NCBI GenBank assembly: GCA_041175545.1
Contig: JBEDES010000003.1
Location: forward strand, 3,645-67,644
Length of the DNA stretch: 64,000 nt
Source: Actinomycetota bacterium
GTDB lineage: Bacteria; Actinomycetota; Actinomycetes; Nanopelagicales; Nanopelagicaceae
Direction: 5' to 3'
The translations under genes were made by a program, and so were the position numbers. Shown here one piece after another: positions 10,572-20,950 of the stretch. Under the pieces are notes generated by a model. It was given only the letters and a program-made list of their open reading frames with translations, did not search any database and was not told where the DNA came from. Positions within the stretch are counted from its first letter, which is position 1; each line of letters begins with the position of its first letter.

Positions 10572-11663
10572 GTGAATATGTCCAGAATCGATGAATTGAA
10601 GGCTTGCCAGACTTCATTTTGGTTGGATGATCTATCCCGCTCGAAAATTACCGGCACAGATGTTCACTCACTTCCATCACGCATTGCAAATGCTGCAGTT
10701 GTAGGGGTTACAACAAATCCAAGTATTTTTAGTGCCGCAATTAGTTCTGGCTCTGAGTATGCCAAGGACATAGAAAAAATGAAGGGATACACGGTTGATG
10801 ATGTCATTGAAAAACTCACAACCGATGATGTTCGAGCAGCTTGTGATCTTCTCTTGCCTATTTTTCAAGATTCTAACGGATTCGATGGTCGTGTCAGTAT
10901 TGAAGTAGATCCACGGTTGGCACATGACACTCAGGCAACTATCACCGCAGGTGAGAAATTGTGGAAAATCATTGACAGACAAAATCTCATGATTAAAGTC
11001 CCCGCTACTTTAGAAGGACTACCAGCAATCACAGCGCTTTTGTCTAAAGGAATTAGCGTAAATGTAACTTTAATTTTTTCAATCAAACGTTACGGACAAG
11101 TAATCGATGCCTACATGAAAGGCATTGAAACTTGCAGTACACCCTCCAAGGTTCACTCAGTTGCTTCTTTTTTCATAAGCAGAATTGATTCTTCGATAGA
11201 TGCGCAACTCAAGGAAATAGGAACGCCTCAAGCGTCAGAGTTACTGGGAAAAGCCGCAATCGCTAACGCACATCTTGCATATCAGTTGTTCGAGGAAAAA
11301 TTCAGTTCCTCTCGATGGGCTGAAATGTCATCAAAAGGTGCCAACAAGCAAAGACCACTATGGGCTTCAACTGGAGTAAAGGATCCGAACTATCCAGATA
11401 CGACCTATGTTGTTGAGTTAGTTGCCCCGGATACTGTAAACACAATGCCGCAATCCACGCTCGACGCACTTATTGACCATGGTGTTTTACGTGGTGATAC
11501 CGTTACATCAAGATATCCGGAGGCGTTAAAGGTACTTCATGCGTTAGCAGACTTGAAGATTTCCCTAGATGACGTAACCAATGATCTTGAAATTGATGGT
11601 GTCAATAAATTTGCACAGGCATGGAGTGAACTTCAAAAAAATGTTGAGAGTGCGCTCAAATAA
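10572..11663 (+). CDS. tal: Transaldolase (actinobacterial type)
   Basis: WLDDLSR, GVTTNPSIF, IKVPAT and LWASTGVK; start is GTG 10572 or ATG 10578. Confidence 0.95.
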   Translation: MNMSRIDELKACQTSFWLDDLSRSKITGTDVHSLPSRIANAAVVGVTTNPSIFSAAISSGSEYAKDIEKMKGYTVDDVIEKLTTDDVRAACDLLLPIFQDSNGFDGRVSIEVDPRLAHDTQATITAGEKLWKIIDRQNLMIKVPATLEGLPAITALLSKGISVNVTLIFSIKRYGQVIDAYMKGIETCSTPSKVHSVASFFISRIDSSIDAQLKEIGTPQASELLGKAAIANAHLAYQLFEEKFSSSRWAEMSSKGANKQRPLWASTGVKDPNYPDTTYVVELVAPDTVNTMPQSTLDALIDHGVLRGDTVTSRYPEALKVLHALADLKISLDDVTNDLEIDGVNKFAQAWSELQKNVESALK

Positions 11664-13198
11664 TGATCAAAATTAGTGGTACTGCACTTTCGAAAATTGA
11701 TCGTAACTCCCCCGAATATAAAGACTTACTACATGCACATTCAAGACTTGCCCAAAAAGATGCCAGTTTATGGGGTGATCAAGCAAAGGCTGAGGCGTCA
11801 ATAAGACTGAATTGGATAGAGCTACCGGAGGCCTCTCGCAATCTACTGCCCACTTTGGATGCTTTAGCGGCAAAACATCGAGATAAAAATGAAATCATTT
11901 TATGTGGAATGGGTGGTTCCTCTTTAGGACCCGAAGTTATTGCAGCAACTTATAAAAAGAATTTATTTGTCCTTGATTCAACTGATCCAAACTATTTTAT
12001 GCATGCATTAAACATAGACTTGTCAAAGTCGTTGGTGATTATTAGTTCAAAATCTGGAACAACTATTGAAACGTCATCGCAGAGATCTATTTTCGAGCGC
12101 GCCTTTGCAGATGCAAAGCTTGATCCAACTGAGCATATGATTTTTGTGACTGATCCCGGTTCTTCTCTAGATCAACAAGCGCGCAATCAAGGATTCTCTG
12201 TGATCAATGCAGACCCTCATGTCGGGGGTCGCTTTAGCGTCCTTGGCGCCTTCGGCCTAGTCCCTGCCGCTTTAATGGGTATAGACACCTCTGTATTACT
12301 TGATCACGCAGAAGATGCAAAAGTAGAGTTCATCGCAAATCCAGAAGTAGTATGCGATATTGCTTATCTCTTGTCTTATGTAGCCGATCAATACATTTCA
12401 TTTTCAGACACACATAGTCAAATGCCAGGACTTAGTGACTGGATCGAACAATTAATAGCCGAATCCACAGGCAAAAATGGTGTCGGTAGATTGCCCGTTG
12501 TGGTCAAAGACGCTGATGATCTAAACAGCTCAGATGTTTTTAAAATTGCCTTCGGGGGAAATGCAGATTTAATTGTTGATGCCGAATTATCATCTCAATT
12601 TATTGTTTGGGAGTGGGTAACCGCATTGGTTGGATTTGCACTAAAGGTAGATCCATTTAATCAACCTAATGTGACTGAAGCAAAAGATGCCACGTCCTTG
12701 CTTTTGTCGCAGTGGAAAGTTAATAAACCTACCTTTGTTGCCGATCGAGTTGTCGGAGAGGTTGAGATTTTTGGTGAAGGTATCGACCTTAAAGATGCCC
12801 TTAGTAGATTAATTAAATGTATTCCTATAGATGGCTATGTGGCAGTTATGGCATATTTAGACCGACAGAAAGATTCAAAAATCTCTGAAATTCAAAAGAT
12901 ACTTTTAGAAAAAACCAAAAGACCAGTGACTTTTGGTTGGGGTCCGCGATTCTTGCATTCGACAGGACAGTTCCATAAAGGCGGCCAGCCCAATGGCGTC
13001 TTTCTTCAGATAACTGGGGGAAGTACTTCTGACCTGGATATCCCAGGACAGGAATTTAGTTTAAGTACTTTAATTGCTGCTCAAGCATTAGGTGACGCAA
13101 ATGCTTTGGAGTTGCGAAAATATCCTCTTCTGCGACTAAATCTTAAACAACGAAAAAAGGGAATCGAAAGCTTGTTAGAAGCCGCAAAATCGCTCTGA
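11663..13198 (+). CDS. pgi: Glucose-6-phosphate isomerase (actinobacterial type)
   Basis: GMGGSSLG, SSKSGTTIET, VGGRFS, EQLIAESTGK and DPFNQPNV. Confidence 0.9.
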   Translation: MIKISGTALSKIDRNSPEYKDLLHAHSRLAQKDASLWGDQAKAEASIRLNWIELPEASRNLLPTLDALAAKHRDKNEIILCGMGGSSLGPEVIAATYKKNLFVLDSTDPNYFMHALNIDLSKSLVIISSKSGTTIETSSQRSIFERAFADAKLDPTEHMIFVTDPGSSLDQQARNQGFSVINADPHVGGRFSVLGAFGLVPAALMGIDTSVLLDHAEDAKVEFIANPEVVCDIAYLLSYVADQYISFSDTHSQMPGLSDWIEQLIAESTGKNGVGRLPVVVKDADDLNSSDVFKIAFGGNADLIVDAELSSQFIVWEWVTALVGFALKVDPFNQPNVTEAKDATSLLLSQWKVNKPTFVADRVVGEVEIFGEGIDLKDALSRLIKCIPIDGYVAVMAYLDRQKDSKISEIQKILLEKTKRPVTFGWGPRFLHSTGQFHKGGQPNGVFLQITGGSTSDLDIPGQEFSLSTLIAAQALGDANALELRKYPLLRLNLKQRKKGIESLLEAAKSL

Positions 13199-13225
13199 TC
13201 TGTTTAGAAACCTACTGAAAAGCTT

Positions 13226-13564
13226 TTAGTCGTCGTCCCCGCGCAGTTTGCGAAGTGCATCTTCAAGCAGTCTTTCGCCTTCTGAATCAGTGCGACGCTC
13301 CTTAACGTATGCAAGGTGAGTTTTGTAAGGCTCGTTCTTTATTGGGCTAGGAGGATTGTTGCGATCCCTTCCTGCCGGATAACCGCACTTTGGGCAATCC
13401 CATTCGGCCGGAATAACGACAGTCTCTTCTACAGCAAATGATGGACGTACTTCATGACCATTTGCACACCAGTATGAAACATAGGCACGCGCAATCGAAT
13501 CTCCGCGTTCTGCCTCACCCATTGGGCCGGCACCAACACGACTTCCACGAATTGCACTTGCCAT
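13226..13564 (-). CDS. rbpA: RNA polymerase-binding protein RbpA
   Basis: IRGSRVGA, YWCANGH, WDCPKCG and KTHLAYVKERR; GGGAG RBS. Confidence 0.92.
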   Translation of the reverse strand: MASAIRGSRVGAGPMGEAERGDSIARAYVSYWCANGHEVRPSFAVEETVVIPAEWDCPKCGYPAGRDRNNPPSPIKNEPYKTHLAYVKERRTDSEGERLLEDALRKLRGDDD

Positions 13565-13633
13565 TTTTTCTCCCTAAGTACCTAGTTCAAATTAAAAATT
13601 TTTATACTTAAATGCCTGTTAAAAATTGTGAAA

Positions 13634-13861
13634 TTACTTGAGCAAAAGCGAAAGGGCAACTACGAGTGAGAACCAGACTCCACCCGCAACAATGGTGATT
13701 CGATCTAGATTTCGCTCTACAACCGATGAACCACCATAGTTTGAAGAAATACCTCCGCCAAAGAGATCAGAAAGACCACTTCCCTTGCCCTTATGAAGAA
13801 GTACCAAAAGAATCATGAGTGTGCTTGTAACCATTAACGCAATAGATAGACCTAGTATCAC
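13634..13861 (-). CDS. secG: Preprotein translocase subunit SecG
   Basis: LLHKGKGSGLSDLFGGG and ERNLDRIT; follows tpiA. Confidence 0.93.
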   Translation of the reverse strand: MILGLSIALMVTSTLMILLVLLHKGKGSGLSDLFGGGISSNYGGSSVVERNLDRITIVAGGVWFSLVVALSLLLK

Positions 13862-13918
13862 TTTTTCAAACTCCTAGTTCGTAGATGGGTAAGGATACCC
13901 GCCTGAGTGGCTAATTGT

Positions 13919-14695
13919 TTACTCGGCTACCGCGTGGAACTTGGCAATTTTCGCCAATTCCTCAGGATCTAGGCTGGCTCCACCAATAAGGGCCCCATCA
14001 ACATCCTGCATTTTCATGATTTCAACGATGTTTGATGACTTAACAGAACCACCATAAAGAATTCTCATATTCCCTGCTATTTCACTGGATCCAAAGTTTT
14101 CAATCTCTTCGCGAATAGCAGCACAAACTTCCTGTGCATCTTCAGGCGTAGCTGTCTTGCCAGTACCTATAGCCCATACAGGTTCATATGCAATGGTGAT
14201 CTTCTTAAGCTCGGGCTTCGTAAATCCTTCAAGTCCTGCACGAACTTGGCGTATGACATGAGATACATGCATGCCAGATTCACGAATAGCTAAATCTTCT
14301 CCCACGCAAAATATCGGTGAAAGTTCATTAGCTAAAGCAGCTTTTATCTTGCGATTAACTAAAGTGTCACTTTCGTTATGAATGCTGCGACGTTCCGAAT
14401 GGCCCACTACAACATATGTGCAGCCAAGTTTTTTGAGCATCGATCCTGATATATCGCCAGTAAATGCACCGCTGCTTTCAGGAGATAGATCCTGCGCACC
14501 ATACTGCAGTCGCAGGCGATCACCATCTACTAAAGTTTGAATTGATCGAATATCTGTGAATGGAGGAATAACTGCTACATCCACAGCGTCGTAGTCTTTA
14601 TCCTCTAGTCCGTAAACCAGTTTTTGTGCAACAGCTATCGCTTCAAGATGATTCAAATTCATCTTCCAATTACCGGCCATCAATGGCTTACGCAT
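13919..14695 (-). CDS. tpiA: Triosephosphate isomerase
   Basis: AGNWKMN, GHSERR and [11 protein letters not shown]; start chosen by AGGAG spacing. Confidence 0.97.
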   Translation of the reverse strand: MRKPLMAGNWKMNLNHLEAIAVAQKLVYGLEDKDYDAVDVAVIPPFTDIRSIQTLVDGDRLRLQYGAQDLSPESSGAFTGDISGSMLKKLGCTYVVVGHSERRSIHNESDTLVNRKIKAALANELSPIFCVGEDLAIRESGMHVSHVIRQVRAGLEGFTKPELKKITIAYEPVWAIGTGKTATPEDAQEVCAAIREEIENFGSSEIAGNMRILYGGSVKSSNIVEIMKMQDVDGALIGGASLDPEELAKIAKFHAVAE

Positions 14696-14742
14696 GTACA
14701 TCTCCTCTGGTTACTTGGAATTCTAATCTGTGCACTGTGTTT

Positions 14743-15932
14743 TTATGCCAAATCTAAGGCTGATAATCCTGGAAGTTCTTTACCTTCTAAATACTCTAAT
14801 GAGGCTCCTCCACCAGTTGAGATGTACCCGAACTGTGAATCCTGAAAACCTAAAGCTCGGACAGCGGCGGCCGAGTCTCCTCCCCCAACAACACTGATCC
14901 CATTAATTTGAGTCAATGCTTGTGCAATAGTTTTTGTGCCGGCAGCAAAGTTAGGAAATTCAAATACTCCCATAGGACCGTTCCAAAAAACTGTTTTACA
15001 CAGGAGAATTTGTTCGGAATAACTGCGCGCAGAGTTTGGACCGATGTCTAAACCCATCTGATCCGATGGAATTGCATCAACTGAAACCAGCGTAGGGGTT
15101 GAATCGGCGGAAAATGCAGGAGCGACCACGATATCTGTTGGCAAAAGCAAAGTAACGCCGAGTTGTTCAGCTTTTTTAATGAGTCCCTTGACTTGATCTA
15201 GCATTTCATTTTCAACTAATGATGTGCCGATCTCTTTGCCCTGCGCCTTGAGGAATGTAAATACCATTCCACCGCCGATAGCTAGAACATCAACTTTTGT
15301 CAGTAAATTTTCAATGACGGCCAATTTGTCAGAGGTTTTCGCCCCTCCTAAGACCACACCATAAGGACGCTCTGGATTTTCAGTTAACGTCTTTAACACT
15401 TTTACTTCTGCTTCGACTAGGCATCCGGATGCATGCGGCAGTAATTTAGGGAGATCAAAAACCGAAGCGTGCTTGCGGTGTACTGCGCCAAAACCATCTC
15501 CAACATAAAAATCTGCTAAAGCTGCAAGCTCTTGAGCAAATCTTGAACGTTCATTCTCATCTTTACTTGTTTCGGCCGACTCAAAACGAATATTTTCAAG
15601 GAGGACTATCTCTCCAGGAATTAATGATGCTGTCAATTTCCTGACGGAATCTCCAGTGATTTGAGTAGAGAATTTAACATCCATCTTCAGTAATTCGCCA
15701 AGGCGCTTTGCTGCAGGTGCAAGTGAGAATTCATCTGATGGTCCATTTTTTGGACGACCAAGATGGGCTGCAATAACAATCGAAGCACCCTTACTTAACA
15801 AAAGTTGAATTGTAGGCAGGCTGGCTTTAATGCGTCCGTCATCCCTAATAACCCCATCTTTTATGGGCACATTTAAGTCACAGCGTAAAAAAACCCTCTT
15901 GCCATGTAAATCAACAGTTGAAAGCTCTGGCA

Positions 15933-15933
<1 letters not shown>
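14743..15933 (-). CDS. pgk: Phosphoglycerate kinase
   Basis: RCDLNVP, HLGRP and ISTGGGASLEYLEG; ATG at 15933 overlaps the gap stop. Confidence 0.97.
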
Positions 15934-16958
<1,025 letters not shown>

Positions 16959-17067
16959 CTAGAAATGAAGAAACCCCGTTATTGGTGGTTGATACTTCTG
17001 CCACAACATTGGGGTCTTGTGGAAAATCTTATCAGTGAGACCGCCACCACAGTTGCTTCTATGGCGA

Positions 17068-18045
17068 TTAGTTCAGCAAATCTGGTGACAATCCGCTCTC
17101 AGTATCAGGGATTCCTAACTCCGCAGCACGCTTATCGGCCATTGCTAAGAGACGACGAATTCGACCGGCAATTGCATCTTTTGTCATAGCAGGCGTGGCT
17201 AGTGAACCAAGCTCTTCCAAGGATGCTTGTCCATGATTTATTCGTAATTCTCCGGCCTCTTTTAAATGGTCAGGAATGGTAGGCCCCAAAATCTCCATCG
17301 CTCTTTGTACTCGAGCAGCGGCCGCAACGGCTGCGCGGGCTGATCGTCGAAGATTTGCATCATCAAAGTTTGCAAGACGATTGGCAGTAGCTCTAACTTC
17401 GCGACGCATGCGACGCTCCTCCCAGGCCATCACACTTTCATGTGCTCCAAGGCGAGTGAGCAAGACTCCAATTGCATCGCCATCTCGAATAACAACACGG
17501 TCTACTCCGCGAACTTCGCGTGCCTTAGCAGCAATTCCCATTCGACGTGCAGCGCCAACCAAAGCAAGCGCAGCTTCTGGGCCAGGACATGTAATTTCCA
17601 ATGAGGAAGATCGACCTGGTTCAGTTAATGAACCATGTGCAATAAATGCACCGCGCCATGCAGCTTCAGAATCGCAAATTGCGGCTGAAACTACTTGTGG
17701 AGGTAGACCTCTAACGGGGCGACCATTTGAATCAACTAACCCTGTTTGGCGAGCGAGTGCATCTCCATCGTTAATAACACGGACAACGTATCGAGAACCT
17801 TTTCTCAGACCACCTGATGACAAAACGGCTAAATCTGAATCATGACCATAAATATCGGCGATGTCTTTGCGCAACCTTCGTGCGCTTTGTGATGTATCGA
17901 GTTCTACTTCGATCAGAATTTTTCCAGCCGCCAAATGTAATCCTCCGGCGAAGCGTAGTAGCGCCGAAACTTCTGCTTTGCGGCAGCACGGCTTTGTAAT
18001 CGCTATGCGAGAGAGCTCGTCTTTTACAGATGAAGTCATTGCCAT
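17068..18045 (-). CDS. whiA: DNA-binding protein WhiA
   Basis: [39 protein letters not shown] and [12 protein letters not shown]. Confidence 0.95.
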   Translation of the reverse strand: MAMTSSVKDELSRIAITKPCCRKAEVSALLRFAGGLHLAAGKILIEVELDTSQSARRLRKDIADIYGHDSDLAVLSSGGLRKGSRYVVRVINDGDALARQTGLVDSNGRPVRGLPPQVVSAAICDSEAAWRGAFIAHGSLTEPGRSSSLEITCPGPEAALALVGAARRMGIAAKAREVRGVDRVVIRDGDAIGVLLTRLGAHESVMAWEERRMRREVRATANRLANFDDANLRRSARAAVAAAARVQRAMEILGPTIPDHLKEAGELRINHGQASLEELGSLATPAMTKDAIAGRIRRLLAMADKRAAELGIPDTESGLSPDLLN

Positions 18046-18163
18046 GGCGTAATCCAACCAGTTACCGCAATGGAATGTGGCTCAAACTGAAAAAATTTTT
18101 TCCGAAGGATCTCTAAACCTAAGGTTGATACTTGAAACCAGATCAAGCTAATAAATAGAACTC

Positions 18164-19027
18164 TTACTCTCTACCTACGTCTCGATGGGTGGGGTGAGCA
18201 GAGATTTCATTGCCAATTTGATTAAGTTGTCTCGCAATCTCGGCGGTGATTGCAACGCTTCTATGTTTGCCTCCGGTGCATCCAACCGCAATCGTTAAAA
18301 ACTTTTTACCTTCCCGCAAATATCCGGCCAACATTGAATTCACAAGATGCACGTAGTCAGAGACAAATTCCGATACTCCCTCACTACCTAGAACTGCAGA
18401 ACTAACCTCTGGCGTTAAACCTGTTAAGGGACGTAGATCTGGATTCCAGTGAGGATTTGGAATGAAGCGGCAGTCCACAACAAGGTCTGCATCAACCGGA
18501 ATTCCATACTTATATCCAAAGGAGAGTACGTTTATTCTTACGCCTTTAATTTTGCCTTTTCCAAATATTTCACCAACTCGTTTTTCTAATTGATGCACAT
18601 TCAAGTTAGTAGTATCGATTGCAACATCACATTGTGATCGAACTTCTTCGAGTTTTTCCCGTTCTCTAGAGATTCCATCCACAATTCGATCATTTGCTTG
18701 CAGTGGATGAGGACGTCGTGTCGACTCAAAGCGTTGCACCAATGCCTGATCTGTTGCATCAAGAAAGACTAATCGGTATGGAAGGGAGTCTGTTTTTAGT
18801 TGCGTTAATGCATGCGAGAGTTCATCGAAAAACTCTCCACCGCGCACGTCGACAACTACTGCTAACTCTTTACCTTGTGGACCGGTTCCTTTTGAAACTA
18901 AAGCAGATAACAGTGAAGGAGGAAGGTTATCTACTACATACCAACCTAAATCTTCCAAAGCATGTGCGACCGTGGATCTACCAGCACCTGACATGCCAGT
19001 AAGGATTAGGGTTTCGTGAGAGCTCAT
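18164..19027 (-). CDS. rapZ: RapZ/YvcJ P-loop nucleotide-binding protein
   Basis: GMSGAGRST, SFGYKYG and GCTGGKHRSV. Confidence 0.95.
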   Translation of the reverse strand: MSSHETLILTGMSGAGRSTVAHALEDLGWYVVDNLPPSLLSALVSKGTGPQGKELAVVVDVRGGEFFDELSHALTQLKTDSLPYRLVFLDATDQALVQRFESTRRPHPLQANDRIVDGISREREKLEEVRSQCDVAIDTTNLNVHQLEKRVGEIFGKGKIKGVRINVLSFGYKYGIPVDADLVVDCRFIPNPHWNPDLRPLTGLTPEVSSAVLGSEGVSEFVSDYVHLVNSMLAGYLREGKKFLTIAVGCTGGKHRSVAITAEIARQLNQIGNEISAHPTHRDVGRE

Positions 19028-19030
19028 GGA

Positions 19031-20947
19031 TTAATTATCGCTGATTTCACCAGTCTCGGCATTAACTTTCTGAGCAGAAATTGCTTCCAAGTGGGATTCG
19101 ATAACTGATGCAATCTTGCCGCCAATGCCTGGTGTCGCAGCAATCTCTTCGACTGATGCCTTCCGAATCGCTGCTACAGATCCAAAATGTTCTAGTAAGG
19201 ATGCCCTTCGCGCCGAACCCAATTGTGGAATCTGATCCAGAATCGACTCCAACATAACCTTTGAGCGACGAGATCGATGGAATGTGATTGCGAAACGATG
19301 AGCTTCATCTCGAATTCGTTGCAGGAGATACAAGCCCTCGCTATTGCGCGGAAGGATCAGCGGATCTTTAGAGCCGGGTACCCAAACTTCCTCTAATCGC
19401 TTGGCCAAGCCGCAGAGTGCAATATCAGTAATTCCTAACTCATCTAATGCGCGTTGAGCAGCATTGACTTGCGGTTGACCACCATCAACAACAATTAGTT
19501 GTGGAGGATATGCAAATTTACTTGGCTTTCCCCCTAGCTCAGCCACTTCAGCTTCATTCTCTTTACGATCATCGAGTAAACGTTTCAATCTGCGAGTGAT
19601 TACTTGATGCATGGCTCGAGTGTCATCAAAGCCTTCACTAGTATCAATAATAAATCGTCGATATTCGCTTTTTTTGATCATTCCATCCTCGAATACCACC
19701 ATGGAAGCTACAACTGAAGTTCCAGAAATATTTGAAATATCAAAGCACTCTATTCGAAGTGGCGTGCGCCCTAAATTGAGATGTTCTTCGATTTCTGTAA
19801 GGGCTTTACCGCTAACCGCTGCATCTGTCGCTCGTTTACTCAAATATTGAATTAACGAGTATTGAGCATTCCTCTTGACTGTCTGCAATAACTCAACTTT
19901 TTCACCTCGTAGTGGAACTTTGATCTCCACTTTTGTAGAACCTATTTGAGCAAGCCACTGTTCTAGTTGTTCTCTATCTGCAGGTTCGGCACTTATGTAA
20001 ATGTTGCGTGGAACGGCTATTGCCCCTGATCCATAGATCGAATACAAAAGTGCAGTTAATTCATCTTGGCCCTCAAGAACCATCTCTTGATCAACTATCC
20101 AAGACCTGGAGCCTTTTACAGATCCTCGTTGCATTGAAAAAATTGAACCCGCTGCGTGAAAACCATCATGATAAATAGAAATAAAGTCTCCATCTAAATC
20201 ATCAGAGAAATTTCCCTCTGTCGATTTTTGGGCCTTTTCAAAGGATTCAATCTGATCTCTTAAGCGGGCAGCTCTTTCGAACTCTTCATTATCTGCTGCG
20301 GTATTCATCTCTTCATGGAGTTTGGGAAGAATGTTTTCCATGCCGGACTCCATAAAATCATTGAGGCGACCGGCTAACTTCTTGTGCTCTTCCTGAGAAA
20401 TCCAACCTACACATGGTGCAGCGCACTTTCCGATGTCACCCAATAAACACTGGCGCTTGCTTCGTTGCGCACGTGTGAAGTTTGATGATGAACACGATCT
20501 GACAGGAAAAACTTTAAGTAAAACATCAAAGGTATTTCGCAGCGCCCAAGCATTTGTATAGGGACCAAAGTACTTGAGACCAGGGCGCTTATCTTTTCGA
20601 GTAATAAAGATCATGGGGTACTCATCATTTAAAGATAAGGCCAAATATGGATAAGACTTGTCATCTTTGAATTGAACGTTGTACTTAGGTTGATACTGCT
20701 TGATCCAACTAAACTCTAAAGCCAATGCTTCCAACTCTGTACTGACAATTGTCCAATCTACGCGAACTGCTTCATGAACCATACGATTGGTTTTCGTGGC
20801 AAGGTTGGTTTGAAAGTAATTGCTTAAACGGTTTTTGAGATTTTTCGCCTTACCAACATAAATAACTTTGTCCTTGCTGTTGTAAAAGCGATAAACACCT
20901 GGATGCTCAGGGATATTGCTTGGCCGATAACTCTTTGGATCTGCCAT
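19031..20947 (-). CDS. uvrC: Excinuclease ABC subunit C
   Basis: GIY-YIG region PGVYRF..YVGKAKNL, ECFDIS, DGG and RDEAHRFA. Confidence 0.97.
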   Translation of the reverse strand: MADPKSYRPSNIPEHPGVYRFYNSKDKVIYVGKAKNLKNRLSNYFQTNLATKTNRMVHEAVRVDWTIVSTELEALALEFSWIKQYQPKYNVQFKDDKSYPYLALSLNDEYPMIFITRKDKRPGLKYFGPYTNAWALRNTFDVLLKVFPVRSCSSSNFTRAQRSKRQCLLGDIGKCAAPCVGWISQEEHKKLAGRLNDFMESGMENILPKLHEEMNTAADNEEFERAARLRDQIESFEKAQKSTEGNFSDDLDGDFISIYHDGFHAAGSIFSMQRGSVKGSRSWIVDQEMVLEGQDELTALLYSIYGSGAIAVPRNIYISAEPADREQLEQWLAQIGSTKVEIKVPLRGEKVELLQTVKRNAQYSLIQYLSKRATDAAVSGKALTEIEEHLNLGRTPLRIECFDISNISGTSVVASMVVFEDGMIKKSEYRRFIIDTSEGFDDTRAMHQVITRRLKRLLDDRKENEAEVAELGGKPSKFAYPPQLIVVDGGQPQVNAAQRALDELGITDIALCGLAKRLEEVWVPGSKDPLILPRNSEGLYLLQRIRDEAHRFAITFHRSRRSKVMLESILDQIPQLGSARRASLLEHFGSVAAIRKASVEEIAATPGIGGKIASVIESHLEAISAQKVNAETGEISDN

Positions 20948-20950
20948 CGA

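Noticed and set aside
13199-13225. Expected terminator between convergent pgi and rbpA
   Set aside because: No convincing hairpin in the 27-nt spacer
17276-17845. Long antisense ORF opposite whiA (similar ones oppose tkt, polA, pyk and priA)
   Set aside because: Antisense reading-frame artefacts with no recognisable motifs or translation signals
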